This document shows positions 39,838-49,432 of a stretch of 64,000 bases of DNA, one piece after another. The position numbers were made by a program, and so were the translations under genes. How positions within the stretch are numbered: the first letter of the stretch is position 1; each line of letters begins with the position of its first letter. The DNA is from an uncultured Planctomycetaceae bacterium (GTDB lineage Bacteria; Planctomycetota; Planctomycetia; Planctomycetales; Planctomycetaceae). The DNA lies in NCBI GenBank assembly GCA_963976765.1, contig CAXBME010000033.1:1-64000 (forward strand), given 5' to 3'. Below the pieces are notes generated by a model, which ran no database searches, was not told where the DNA came from, and was given only the letters and a program-made list of their open reading frames with translations.

Positions 39838-41538
39838 GTGTTTCGGTTTGATGAGACGCTGACTTCGATGCTGGAAGTCGCGAAATCTGCGGGATACATG
39901 ACGTACCAGCAGGTCGACGAGTACCTTCCCGACGAAGGGGGCAACCCCCGGATGGTCGACGACCTGATTCTGCTGTTTGACGAAATGGGGATCGATCTTC
40001 AAAACGATCCCGACGCTCCGGATGAGGAAGAGCTTCCGGAGTCAGAAATTGAGGCAAAAAAAGAAGCGGAAGCGGTTAATTCGGTGCTCAAGCCGCTGAT
40101 CGGTCCGGAAACGACGCTGTCGTCACGTGACCCGATCCGGATGTACCTCAGCCAGATGGGCAACATCCCGCTGCTGACGCGAGCACGCGAAATCTTCCTG
40201 GCCAAGACGATCGAGATCACTCGAAAACGCTTCCGCCGCACGACGATGGAGTCAGACTTCGCTCTGGATATCGCCATCGAAACACTGGAGAAAGTCGCCG
40301 CCCGGGAACTCCCGTTTGAGCGAACTCTGCGAACTTCCGATACAGAGAACGCACGGAAAGAGCAGATTGAAGGCCGCATTCCGATCAATCTGCCGACGCT
40401 GCGGGTTCTCATTCAGCAGAACATTGAGGACTGGGAGATTCGCAAGAATCCCAAAACACCTGACGCAAAGAAAGAGGAAGCACTCGCCCGGATGAAAATC
40501 CGGCGGCAACGCCTGGCGACACTCTGCGAAGAGCTGAGTATTCGAACTCAGCGTCTCCAGCCGGTCATCAAGCGGATGCATCAGATCGCTGCCCGGGAAG
40601 AGATTCTGATCCGTCAGATTTCAAGTCTGAAGCGTCGCAAAGGTGGCAATGTCGAACGCGATCTGAAGATGCTCGAAACCGAGCTGCAGGAACTCGTCGA
40701 AATGACGCGTGAGACTCCCAAAGAGTTCATCGCTCGCAGCAAGGAAATTAAACGACGCTTCGACGCCTGGACCGATGCCAAACAGAAGCTGTCAGGCGGT
40801 AACCTGCGACTGGTGGTCTCAATCGCGAAGAAGTATCGAAACCGCGGTCTCAGCTTCCTGGACCTCATTCAGGAAGGCAACGCTGGCCTGATGCGAGGTG
40901 TCGAGAAGTACGAATACCGACGTGGTTACAAGTTCTCGACGTACGCCACGTGGTGGATTCGTCAGGCAATCACACGAGCGGTCGCTGACCACGCTCGAAC
41001 GATTCGTATCCCGGTCCACATGTTCCAGAGCATCTCGACGCTTAAAGCCAAGAGCGAGCAGATTCGACAGGAAACCGGTCGCGAGCCAACCATCGAGGAA
41101 CTGGCCGAAGCGGTTGATCTTTCAATCGAAGAAACCGAACGGATCATGAAGACCTGGAGACATCCGGTCAGCCTGGATACTCCGGTCGGCGAAAGCGAAG
41201 ACAGTAGCTTTGGAGACTTCCTTGAGGATTCGCATCACCAGGCACCTGCCGAAAACGCGATGCACAAGATGCTCAAAGACAAGATCGACCACGTCCTGAA
41301 AAGCCTGACCTACCGCGAGCGGGAAATCATTCGACTCCGTTACGGCCTGGGCGATGGCTACAGCTATACGCTGGAAGAAACTGGTCGAATCTTCAAAGTC
41401 ACTCGCGAACGAATTCGTCAGATCGAATCGAAGGCTCTGAAGAAACTGCAGCACGCAACACGAGCTGTGCACCTGCAGGGCTTCGTCGATTCAATCCCCG
41501 AGCAGATGCCGGAACCAGTTCTGGCCGACGCAACTTAA
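39838..41538 (+). CDS. rpoD: RNA polymerase sigma-70 factor, group 1 RpoD-like (566 aa)
   Basis: Regions 1.1 (GYMTY), 1.2 (DPIRMYL), 2 ([26 protein letters not shown]) and 4 ([13 protein letters not shown]). GTG start after AAGGAAAGGG. Confidence 0.95.
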   Translation: MFRFDETLTSMLEVAKSAGYMTYQQVDEYLPDEGGNPRMVDDLILLFDEMGIDLQNDPDAPDEEELPESEIEAKKEAEAVNSVLKPLIGPETTLSSRDPIRMYLSQMGNIPLLTRAREIFLAKTIEITRKRFRRTTMESDFALDIAIETLEKVAARELPFERTLRTSDTENARKEQIEGRIPINLPTLRVLIQQNIEDWEIRKNPKTPDAKKEEALARMKIRRQRLATLCEELSIRTQRLQPVIKRMHQIAAREEILIRQISSLKRRKGGNVERDLKMLETELQELVEMTRETPKEFIARSKEIKRRFDAWTDAKQKLSGGNLRLVVSIAKKYRNRGLSFLDLIQEGNAGLMRGVEKYEYRRGYKFSTYATWWIRQAITRAVADHARTIRIPVHMFQSISTLKAKSEQIRQETGREPTIEELAEAVDLSIEETERIMKTWRHPVSLDTPVGESEDSSFGDFLEDSHHQAPAENAMHKMLKDKIDHVLKSLTYREREIIRLRYGLGDGYSYTLEETGRIFKVTRERIRQIESKALKKLQHATRAVHLQGFVDSIPEQMPEPVLADAT

Positions 41539-41580
41539 GAATCACAACAGCCGCAGAAGTTGACACCTGCCATAAGCGGA

Positions 41581-41616
41581 AAGGGCGACGTTTCATCCGA
41601 AACGCCGCCCTTTTTT
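41581..41616 (+). terminator. rpoD terminator, probably bidirectional
   Basis: AAGGGCG-A-CGTTTC/GAAACG-C-CGCCCTT followed by TTTT. Confidence 0.85.
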
Positions 41617-41659
41617 CGTGCTCAGAACCGTTTCTGTGCAGGCGGGAAAACCATCACGT

Positions 41660-44638
41660 TCAAACAGCAGGAACGATCACAATCTCTGCGGCAGGATGAT
41701 CCAGTTCGAATGCCAGTAACGATTGCTCAGTCTCGATATCCGAGTGGCCCATTGAGCTGACGACCCTTGAATCAGTAGTCGTTCGTCCGTCCAGTTCTTT
41801 TGGCTGAAGCCACGGCAAGTAGCTGGCCGTGCAGCTGATCTCATCCCGGATACGATTCATCGTGCCTTCACCATGCACAAGAATCAGAAGATTCCAGAGC
41901 TCCATCCCGCGACCTTCGTGGTTCCATAAACGTATTAAACGGCCAATGCCGCGGGCGACCGTCGTGATCGTCAGTTCGTCCATGTTTTGAAACGGGTCGT
42001 CAAGGATCAGCAACTTCAGCGGGTTGTCCTGCTTCGGCCCACACAACAGAAACAACGACAGAACGAACGTGTTCAGCTCGGCAGTATTCAGTAGTAACCA
42101 CATCGGAATACTGGCTTCCGGGGATCCCGTCCTGCGAGACGCATTCCCGTCTTTTTCAGGTGGCAGGACAAAGTTGAGTTCGTTCTTTCTCTTACCGAAC
42201 TCCGTATCGGCGATCACGTTACGGTAGGCCCATCGAGCTGGAGTCAACAGCGCGACCAGCTCATTCAGCGCACTCGCCAACGGCCCTGACAATGATTTCT
42301 GCAATCGATCGACGACTTCGGTATCGACCGCTTCGCAAGCCTGTGCCGCAGCTCTGAACTGCTCAAGCGACCTTAGGATTTCGACGAAAGTCGCCTCGCG
42401 TGATTTGAGAAAGCCAAATACTGACTGCCACTCTGACTGCTGCTGTCTGACGATGTTTAAAACTTCTGACAGCGCCCCGGCATGGCCGACCTGCATCGTC
42501 AGTGACTGACTACCTGGTAGAGTGACCGATGCCTCTACTAACGAGTTGCCGTCGACAGATCGCCTCACGATTGAACTGAAGGTTTCATCCCCTTCCATAC
42601 TGACGAGGCGATCAAGTGCTGCGAGCGCCGCCTCAGGCAAATGTGGACGCTCACCGTCATCCTCAATGGTTCCTTCACCCGCAAGTCGAAAATTCAGAAC
42701 TCGACGGTGTGAAGCTTCCTTTTTTCTGTTTAGTCGTTGCGTCGACTCAGTTAACGCGTCCAGTCGACGCTTAAGTTCGCTGCGATCCGACTCTGATTCC
42801 GCAATCTGTCGTGACACCTCTGCTTCGACGTCAGCCAAACCGTCGTCAAGCAGCAGCCGAGTCTGCACAATCTGACGCCCTTTCTCCGCCAGGTCATGAT
42901 CAGCGTGATGAGTGAGCCAGTCATTCAATGTTTCGGCAAACTCTTCGATCGTCCCATCGACGGCTCCACTTCGGGCTTCCCAGCGATTGAGTGTTTCGAG
43001 CAAAGGCAGCGCAAGCTCTAAATCACTGAGCATCACAGCGGAACAACGCTCTGTCTCTTCAAATGCCTCGTCAAGCTTTGCTGACAACGTCGAAAGTTCA
43101 TCGATTGTTGTTTCTTCCTTTCGAGTAACAGCGTCAAGCAATTCTGAGGGCCAGATCTCCTTCAGCGACGGAAGTGAATCAGGAATCAACGAACTCAGAT
43201 CACTTTCGAAGCCTGACATCGCCACCAACTCGGTCAGTGCGGCAGGTCCGGACAGAATCTTCTCGGCAGTCAAAAGCGCTTCTTTGTGAGTAGGATTGCG
43301 GCGCCCAACTTTGAAACGGTCACGGCCTTTTCCCGGCAGCGTCTTTCTTGCTGCTTCAAAGGCGCCGAGGACTTCGTGAGCCCGTTCCATTTGCTCCGTG
43401 TGTCCGGGGAAAAAGGCTTCGAGAAACAGCTTTGCTCGACCTGCTGAATCAGACCGAGTGAGCAAATCCGAGAACACCTGGTCCAGCCGAAATGAGCCGG
43501 CACTCTGAAACCTCGGCTGATCCTTCTTCCCTCGCAGCCGCTGCCAGAGTGAATCGTCCCCCTTCGACGGCAGACACTTCGGATCCGTTGCCGTCGTCTT
43601 CCCAGTTACGCGACAGGACAGCGTTGTCGTTTTCGGTTTGCCTTTCGACGTTTTTTCACGCGAGCTTTCAACTGAATCGATCGTCAGTTCAAGATCGATT
43701 TCGGCAACGACTTTCGGATTCGCAGATCGTCTTTGCCGATTAGTAAGAATGCTGACATAGTCCGGCGACTGATCCTTAGCTTCTTCCAGGCGGTCGAGCC
43801 GATCTGTCAACGCCAGCTCAATCGCTTCAGTGAGAGACGACTTGCCTGATCCATTCTGACCGTGAATCAAATGAAGTGTCTCGCGGCGGCTCGATAGCGG
43901 GGTCTTCGAATGCGGCATCCACTTACGTCGTCCTGCAACCCGGAAATCCCGAAGTTCAATGGATTCCAGCGTCAACGGCGGCGTGTCCTCCTGCCGGCTG
44001 TCATGATCGCGATGCCTGAACCATTTTCGAACATCACGGAGCAACCACGGGAATGCTCGGTGCAGATCGCTGGAGTCGACTTTCTGTGTTGATGACGCAG
44101 TCGCTGGCAACCTGAGCAAGCTCACGCCGATGGTATGCAGAAATCCCGTCTCAGCCACAGTCTCGCGCAACGAGCGAGTTACATCGAGTAAGAGATCGTT
44201 GCCCGCATTTCTGGAACGAGATGACTGGCTTACGACAAGGACCAACTCGACGTTGTATGCCGTTTTTGATTTCGGACGACCGCCTCGTGTACGCTCGCTT
44301 AACACTTGCCGTAAGTGAATAGCGTCGTGAATCGCCTGGACAATCTGCCGGTTTCCGGACTCGCTCTGCTCTTCCGAACTGCCGGTTTCGGGACTGCAAA
44401 CGACAATCAGGCCGAACGTTCCCAGGATCTCATCAAGAATGACGCCGTGCGCGTGCACCTCGACTTCCCCTGCCACCGTAACCTGCAATGGCGTTTTCGA
44501 AGAATCTGACAGCACAGCAACAAGACGCGGAGACTTCCTCGCAACATTGCCTTTTGGCTCTCGATCAGGCTGCAGCGATTGAACAATCGAAACGCCGAAC
44601 TCGCGTTTCAGTGCTTTCTTCAAGCATTGCAGAACCAT
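41660..44638 (-). CDS. Rad50/SMC-like ABC ATPase with extra N-terminal domain (992 aa)
   Basis: LESIELRDFR, Walker A GQNGSGKS, central coiled coils, degenerate signature LNTAE, Walker B/D-loop LLILDDPFQNMD and H-switch ILVH. Confidence 0.9.
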   Translation of the reverse strand: MVLQCLKKALKREFGVSIVQSLQPDREPKGNVARKSPRLVAVLSDSSKTPLQVTVAGEVEVHAHGVILDEILGTFGLIVVCSPETGSSEEQSESGNRQIVQAIHDAIHLRQVLSERTRGGRPKSKTAYNVELVLVVSQSSRSRNAGNDLLLDVTRSLRETVAETGFLHTIGVSLLRLPATASSTQKVDSSDLHRAFPWLLRDVRKWFRHRDHDSRQEDTPPLTLESIELRDFRVAGRRKWMPHSKTPLSSRRETLHLIHGQNGSGKSSLTEAIELALTDRLDRLEEAKDQSPDYVSILTNRQRRSANPKVVAEIDLELTIDSVESSREKTSKGKPKTTTLSCRVTGKTTATDPKCLPSKGDDSLWQRLRGKKDQPRFQSAGSFRLDQVFSDLLTRSDSAGRAKLFLEAFFPGHTEQMERAHEVLGAFEAARKTLPGKGRDRFKVGRRNPTHKEALLTAEKILSGPAALTELVAMSGFESDLSSLIPDSLPSLKEIWPSELLDAVTRKEETTIDELSTLSAKLDEAFEETERCSAVMLSDLELALPLLETLNRWEARSGAVDGTIEEFAETLNDWLTHHADHDLAEKGRQIVQTRLLLDDGLADVEAEVSRQIAESESDRSELKRRLDALTESTQRLNRKKEASHRRVLNFRLAGEGTIEDDGERPHLPEAALAALDRLVSMEGDETFSSIVRRSVDGNSLVEASVTLPGSQSLTMQVGHAGALSEVLNIVRQQQSEWQSVFGFLKSREATFVEILRSLEQFRAAAQACEAVDTEVVDRLQKSLSGPLASALNELVALLTPARWAYRNVIADTEFGKRKNELNFVLPPEKDGNASRRTGSPEASIPMWLLLNTAELNTFVLSLFLLCGPKQDNPLKLLILDDPFQNMDELTITTVARGIGRLIRLWNHEGRGMELWNLLILVHGEGTMNRIRDEISCTASYLPWLQPKELDGRTTTDSRVVSSMGHSDIETEQSLLAFELDHPAAEIVIVPAV

Positions 44639-44720
44639 GCGGATACCAACTGAGTAATTGAGGTCTCTAAGTCGAAAGAATTCTGGTCGGGCAATAGCCT
44701 GACCGCCGCTTGTCAGTCAA

Positions 44721-47327
44721 TCAATCAATTCGCCGTAGCGGAGTGTTCTGTTTCGAGTCATACCCAAGTGCCCATTGCCAGATCGTTACTGCGGCCGGGA
44801 CGTCAGTTCTGCTGACACGATCCTTTCGCGAGGACGAACGACGATGCTCGGACTTCTGATTCTTTTTGAGCGATTCCGGATTAAACCTGACAGCTTGCCG
44901 GTTCTGCCAGAGTCGACCGTCGGTTGGCAACTGCCATTCGTGCCAGACTCCACACTTCCTTTGAGAGTCCAGGCAACTCCGCCGCGACATCCCATCACTG
45001 ATGATTCGCAACCCGTCTGGAAGTGCCCCGCGTCCTGGTTCCCCTAACTTCGGACGTCGATGATCAAAAAAGCTGACTTCAGGTACGGAGCCCGGCAGTG
45101 GCCCGAACTCACCACATCCGCCAAGGCATTCGTCGCTGCTCAGCCCGGCCGTCGATCCCAGCAACCACCGAATCGCCAACTCCAGAACAACGCCCCACGC
45201 AACGTGACCCGGTGCGGCCGATGCCGGATGGTACCAGTCCGTATTTCGAAGACTGCTGACAACCGGCACGGCCACGCCGCGTCGATTCCTGATGTCGGCA
45301 CAGGCGAATTCCTTCATCAACGCCGGTTGAAAAGACCACGTCCACGCCACCAGATGCTGCAACTGTCGTCGGTATCGGTCGCACTTTCTTCGTCGTTCCT
45401 GTTTCTCTCTGAGTTCCTCTTCGTCAGTTAGGCCATCCGATAGTGTGCCCACATCATCGCCGAACCAGTTCTCCGCAATCTGACATTCCAGCTGCATGAC
45501 TCGACGAAACCGATCTTCAATCTGCTTCATGGTGCTTGGCAAAGGTACGACGTTACTTCCGCGAAGCAGCGTGGCCGCGATCGGCCTCAATTCATCCTTC
45601 AGCATCTGTAACTGCCGTTGGCGCATTGTGCGGTGGTAAGTCCACAGAAACAGATCGTCGAGATTCGGAAATTGATAATCCTCGTGCAGGTACGAGAACC
45701 TCAAATAGTTTGTGTGTTCATGCGGCGATGACGACTCACTTCCCGCCGCCCAGGTCGCCGCATGCAGAACCTCAGTCGCATGAAATGACTGCTCGCCGGC
45801 GCTGCCGAAAAAGAAGGCTGAAGCATCGCGCTGAGGTCTTTTCGCTGCAGTGGCAGTCGGTCCTGATTCTCGATGCTGCGACAATCCGCGGTGGGCTTCC
45901 GCCTTCGAGTCCATCGCCCGCTTCTGATCAACGGCCATCTCTTCGTACACGGTGCGAAAGGCATCATGAATGACGGGGTCCTGCAGGCTGTAACCTACAA
46001 ACGCCACAGACCTTGTCCGCTGAGTCGTCGCGAGATAATCGCGAGCCCACGAATCTTCACGCCAGTTTTGAATCTCACGATAAGTAAAAACCATCGATTG
46101 CAGGTTAGATTCCCACTCAGCAACGCTGCGCAGTCGGCGTGTCATCTCATTCGTATCGTCGTCAAAGAAGAGACTGGCGGGTTGGGCCCCGAGTGCGTAG
46201 CGACTTCTCCGATAGTTGCCGACACACCCGTGAACCTTCACAACCAGCGATGTTCGATTGGCTTTGCCACATTCGACAAACTCGAGCGGTGACGACACGA
46301 CAGCCATTTCCCGCAGCGGCGCCGGCGGCATCGTTGCGTGAAACGGCGACCGCTGCGACGAGCAATCCCGATCTGCCTCCAGTTCGAAACCGGACATTCG
46401 CCAGGCGCCTTCGAGCAACAGGTCGTAGTTGGTTGTCAGGACAACCGGACACAGACCTTCACGAGCCAGCCTGGCCAGCACATGGTGCCTGGGAAACAGT
46501 CTCTGACGAAAGCTGTCTTCGACGCCGCGAAGATTTTGCTGCCTGAAGTTCCCGCCCATGATCGCTTCGTCGGCAAAACCCATCGTGTCAAGAAACAGCG
46601 CTTTGCCGGCATCGCGACTTCGATCGGTCGACCGAGAAGATGCCCACGCAAACAGGCAGGGAACAACCCGGCACAGCGGTACCGAATCGACGATCTCCAG
46701 TTTGCCGTCGGGATCGTCTTTTCCGTCTGGCAATCTTTGTCGCTTTCGCATTTGCTCTTCAACAAACGCAATTTCCGAAATCATCGATTCGAGTTTCGTG
46801 CTTCGCTCGCGGACATCAGTTCCGGCAATCTGACAAACGGCATAGCCAATTTCGAGTAGTTTCTCGAACGTCGCGCAAAACCAGTCGTTCGATTCGTAGT
46901 ATTTTTCGGCGACCTTCCGAATGTCGGTAAAAGGCCACCAGAATTGATGGCGACGAGGATCGTCGGCGGCGAATGCGAAATTGAATTTCAGCTTGAACGT
47001 CCGCTTCATTGACTTGAGCAGCGACTCAATCAACGCTCGCCGCGCGGCCAGAGACTCTGCCTCTGTTCCCGTTTCCTGACGATCGCTTTGTTCATAATCC
47101 GACAACTGTTTCCCGATCGTCGACTCCAACACCACCGACATCGCCTGCAACCGCCAAAGCAAACGGGTCATCAGGCGAGTCGCTGAATTTCCTTCACTGT
47201 CCAGTGAAAATCCGGCGCCGACAAAAAAAACGACTTCACCTTTCCCGATCCGGTCGACCAGGTTTTCGATCGACTCCATCGCGGTCGGAGACTGCGGAGG
47301 TCCTGCAGAAGCACTCACCGGAGCCAT
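44721..47327 (-). CDS. Large SIR2-family (sirtuin-like, putative NADase) protein (868 aa)
   Basis: VVFFVGAGFS, VLTTNYDLLLE, VVKVHG and FVGYSLQDP. AGGAGG RBS and TGATG overlap with the upstream gene. Confidence 0.92.
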   Translation of the reverse strand: MAPVSASAGPPQSPTAMESIENLVDRIGKGEVVFFVGAGFSLDSEGNSATRLMTRLLWRLQAMSVVLESTIGKQLSDYEQSDRQETGTEAESLAARRALIESLLKSMKRTFKLKFNFAFAADDPRRHQFWWPFTDIRKVAEKYYESNDWFCATFEKLLEIGYAVCQIAGTDVRERSTKLESMISEIAFVEEQMRKRQRLPDGKDDPDGKLEIVDSVPLCRVVPCLFAWASSRSTDRSRDAGKALFLDTMGFADEAIMGGNFRQQNLRGVEDSFRQRLFPRHHVLARLAREGLCPVVLTTNYDLLLEGAWRMSGFELEADRDCSSQRSPFHATMPPAPLREMAVVSSPLEFVECGKANRTSLVVKVHGCVGNYRRSRYALGAQPASLFFDDDTNEMTRRLRSVAEWESNLQSMVFTYREIQNWREDSWARDYLATTQRTRSVAFVGYSLQDPVIHDAFRTVYEEMAVDQKRAMDSKAEAHRGLSQHRESGPTATAAKRPQRDASAFFFGSAGEQSFHATEVLHAATWAAGSESSSPHEHTNYLRFSYLHEDYQFPNLDDLFLWTYHRTMRQRQLQMLKDELRPIAATLLRGSNVVPLPSTMKQIEDRFRRVMQLECQIAENWFGDDVGTLSDGLTDEEELREKQERRRKCDRYRRQLQHLVAWTWSFQPALMKEFACADIRNRRGVAVPVVSSLRNTDWYHPASAAPGHVAWGVVLELAIRWLLGSTAGLSSDECLGGCGEFGPLPGSVPEVSFFDHRRPKLGEPGRGALPDGLRIISDGMSRRSCLDSQRKCGVWHEWQLPTDGRLWQNRQAVRFNPESLKKNQKSEHRRSSSRKDRVSRTDVPAAVTIWQWALGYDSKQNTPLRRID

Positions 47328-48481
47328 CAGCGAGCCTCCTTCACAAAGTGCCTGCGAATCTTCCGCAACTCGTCCCCATGCACCGCCTGAAACCACGCCG
47401 TCCATAACGGCGGAGGACTCAAGTGCCCATACTGCTTCTCAAGCCACGAGGCCACATCCACAACCTCCTGCCGTCTCGGAAGACGAGTCGTAGCTTCCCG
47501 TGTTGCAGCCTTGCTTCTGTGTACTTTGGCAGCTCTTTTCGTGGACTTGCTTCTGGCCTCATCGGGCTCAGCTGTCAAACTTCGAACGCAGTCCGCCAGC
47601 GCCGTCACGACATCATTCATGCGAGGCTGCACAAGAACATTCAACCGCCCACGATCTTCCAGCCCTATCCGATAAAGCAACTGCATCCACCAGGCATCCG
47701 ATTCAGGCAGCTCGATGCAGTCTTCACTATGGAGCGGAATTCGAACTTCGCCAAACAACCACCGCTGAATCTTCTCGAAGTCGGCTCCCTCGCGGCAGTG
47801 CTCTTCGTATTGATCGGCCAAATGCGACATCTTGACTTTCGCTAAGTCTTCACGAAACCTCGCGATGGCTGACTGCCACCCATAGGGCCATGGATCGATC
47901 GGCTCCCAAAGACCTCTTCCGAAAAAGTTTCGCCAAAGATCTCCGTTACATTCCGCCTTTCCGTCGGTTGTCACTGAAGAGAACCAGTCTGCGTCCGCCA
48001 ATGCGATAGCCTTGACGTTTGCTGCGAATGCAGTGTGCGCAACAGCGGTAACTACGGCGCGAGCGGCCGCGCCGACACTTTCGTTTATGGAACGAATACA
48101 CGTAACGATGGAAGTGAGGCCTTCATCGCCTGAAATACTTGCAACGTAAGTCGCACTGGCTGCAGACGTAACTGCACTTGCGTAGTCCGCAATCGTCGAG
48201 AAAGTGCGCTGGTTGAACGAGCGTGAGAACGATGCAGCGTGTTTGGCGGCTGCCTGATCGACAGAAATGTCAACGGTCATTAAGTGTGAAAATGAAACCA
48301 ACCATGGCAGTCGGGCAACCGCCGCAACTGACGTCTTTGGGTCATCCCAGAATCGAAAGTCTCCAACAGCACCGATGGCAGGCAGCACACGCATCGCAGC
48401 TCGGCAGGCGACCCACTGCCGTTGCCACGGTTCGAGTGTAGACAGGAGCTTCTCAAGCTCTTGCTGAGGATCAGAATTCAT
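47327..48481 (-). CDS. Hypothetical helical protein with RAAMRVLP motif (about 384 aa)
   Basis: Long ORF whose stop overlaps the SIR2 start. Ala-rich helices and Trp-rich segments. Start uncertain. Confidence 0.8.
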   Translation of the reverse strand: MNSDPQQELEKLLSTLEPWQRQWVACRAAMRVLPAIGAVGDFRFWDDPKTSVAAVARLPWLVSFSHLMTVDISVDQAAAKHAASFSRSFNQRTFSTIADYASAVTSAASATYVASISGDEGLTSIVTCIRSINESVGAAARAVVTAVAHTAFAANVKAIALADADWFSSVTTDGKAECNGDLWRNFFGRGLWEPIDPWPYGWQSAIARFREDLAKVKMSHLADQYEEHCREGADFEKIQRWLFGEVRIPLHSEDCIELPESDAWWMQLLYRIGLEDRGRLNVLVQPRMNDVVTALADCVRSLTAEPDEARSKSTKRAAKVHRSKAATREATTRLPRRQEVVDVASWLEKQYGHLSPPPLWTAWFQAVHGDELRKIRRHFVKEAR

Positions 48482-48727
48482 AGGAATGATGCTCGACGGG
48501 ATGACCCTTGGGGAAAAGTGCGAGTGAGCTGCCAAGGCGGAGATTCCATTTTGTCTGCACAGCTGACCAGAGTACAACCTCACGCAACTGACATTGTCAG
48601 AACTCGTCGACAGCCTGGCTGGAATCACCTGTCAAACCGGTCCTGACTGCAGCGTCACGAACGGCCACGCTTGCGTAGGCAGGCTCCCCGTTTTGATCGA
48701 AAACCGACAGTCAAAACCATTGCTGGT

Positions 48728-48907
48728 TATCGACGTTCCCCGGGTGGCACAGCCAGTATGGCCGTGTGCCGCAGGCACGGGATGCCGCGTTCCCGGCTTG
48801 TAAAAGTATCAACCAGGCAACTTTGATTTAGTACGCAGGCGAGACATCCTGCCTCTTCGCAACCTGCCCCTGCTTCCGTGCCAGCCACACGCGCGGCCAT
48901 GTCGATA
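48728..48907. repeat. Nested imperfect inverted repeats (REP-like or structured element)
   Basis: TATCGACGT/ATGTCGATA outer arms, GGCACGG/CCGTGCC inner arms, and a hairpin GTGGCACA-GCCA-GTA-TGGC-CG-TGTGCCGC. Confidence 0.45.
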
Positions 48908-49070
48908 CCGTTCGTCCTGAACGGTGTTCTCTCTGGGAACGCAATGCGGCAATTTCCTGACGGCCAAGCTGGCCAGGTTGAGGATGACCGTTGAGGTCGC
49001 CACAATTCCTGCCTCGACGATTCAAGAAGATTCCGTTTTTGAAAACGATTTCTCGAAGGGCGATGCATTG

Positions 49071-49262
49071 ATGACGAATCCGACAACTGATGCAAAGGAC
49101 GTTCAGCAGCAGCCTTCAAACAGTCCACGCCCCGAGACCGCGTGTTCTCCGAATCGAGCGTGCCCGGTCTGCGGCGGCGTGCTGATCGATATTCGCCACA
49201 AGCTGCAATGCCAGAGATGCCACACAATCTGCGAGACCTGCTGCGAAGGCGGTCGCGGTTGA
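49071..49262 (+). CDS. Small zinc-ribbon-like Cys-rich protein (63 aa)
   Basis: CPVCGG...LQCQRCHTICETCCEGG. Confidence 0.75.
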   Translation: MTNPTTDAKDVQQQPSNSPRPETACSPNRACPVCGGVLIDIRHKLQCQRCHTICETCCEGGRG

Positions 49263-49432
49263 AATTGCGTCTTTCGCTGCTTCAATTCCCGTATCGGTCG
49301 CGAAAAGAGTCTCCTCTCGACTCGGAAAAACCGTACTTACTTCACCATCTCTGAATTCCCCACTCGACAATCTGCGACGTGACAACATTCATCCTTCCTC
49401 ATCACGTCGAATTTCCCAAGGTACCGCTCACT

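Noticed and set aside
41660..44638. Housekeeping SMC/SbcC/RecN assignment
   Set aside because: The signature is degenerate, there is an extra N-terminal domain, no sbcD or scpAB, and it is in an operon with SIR2.
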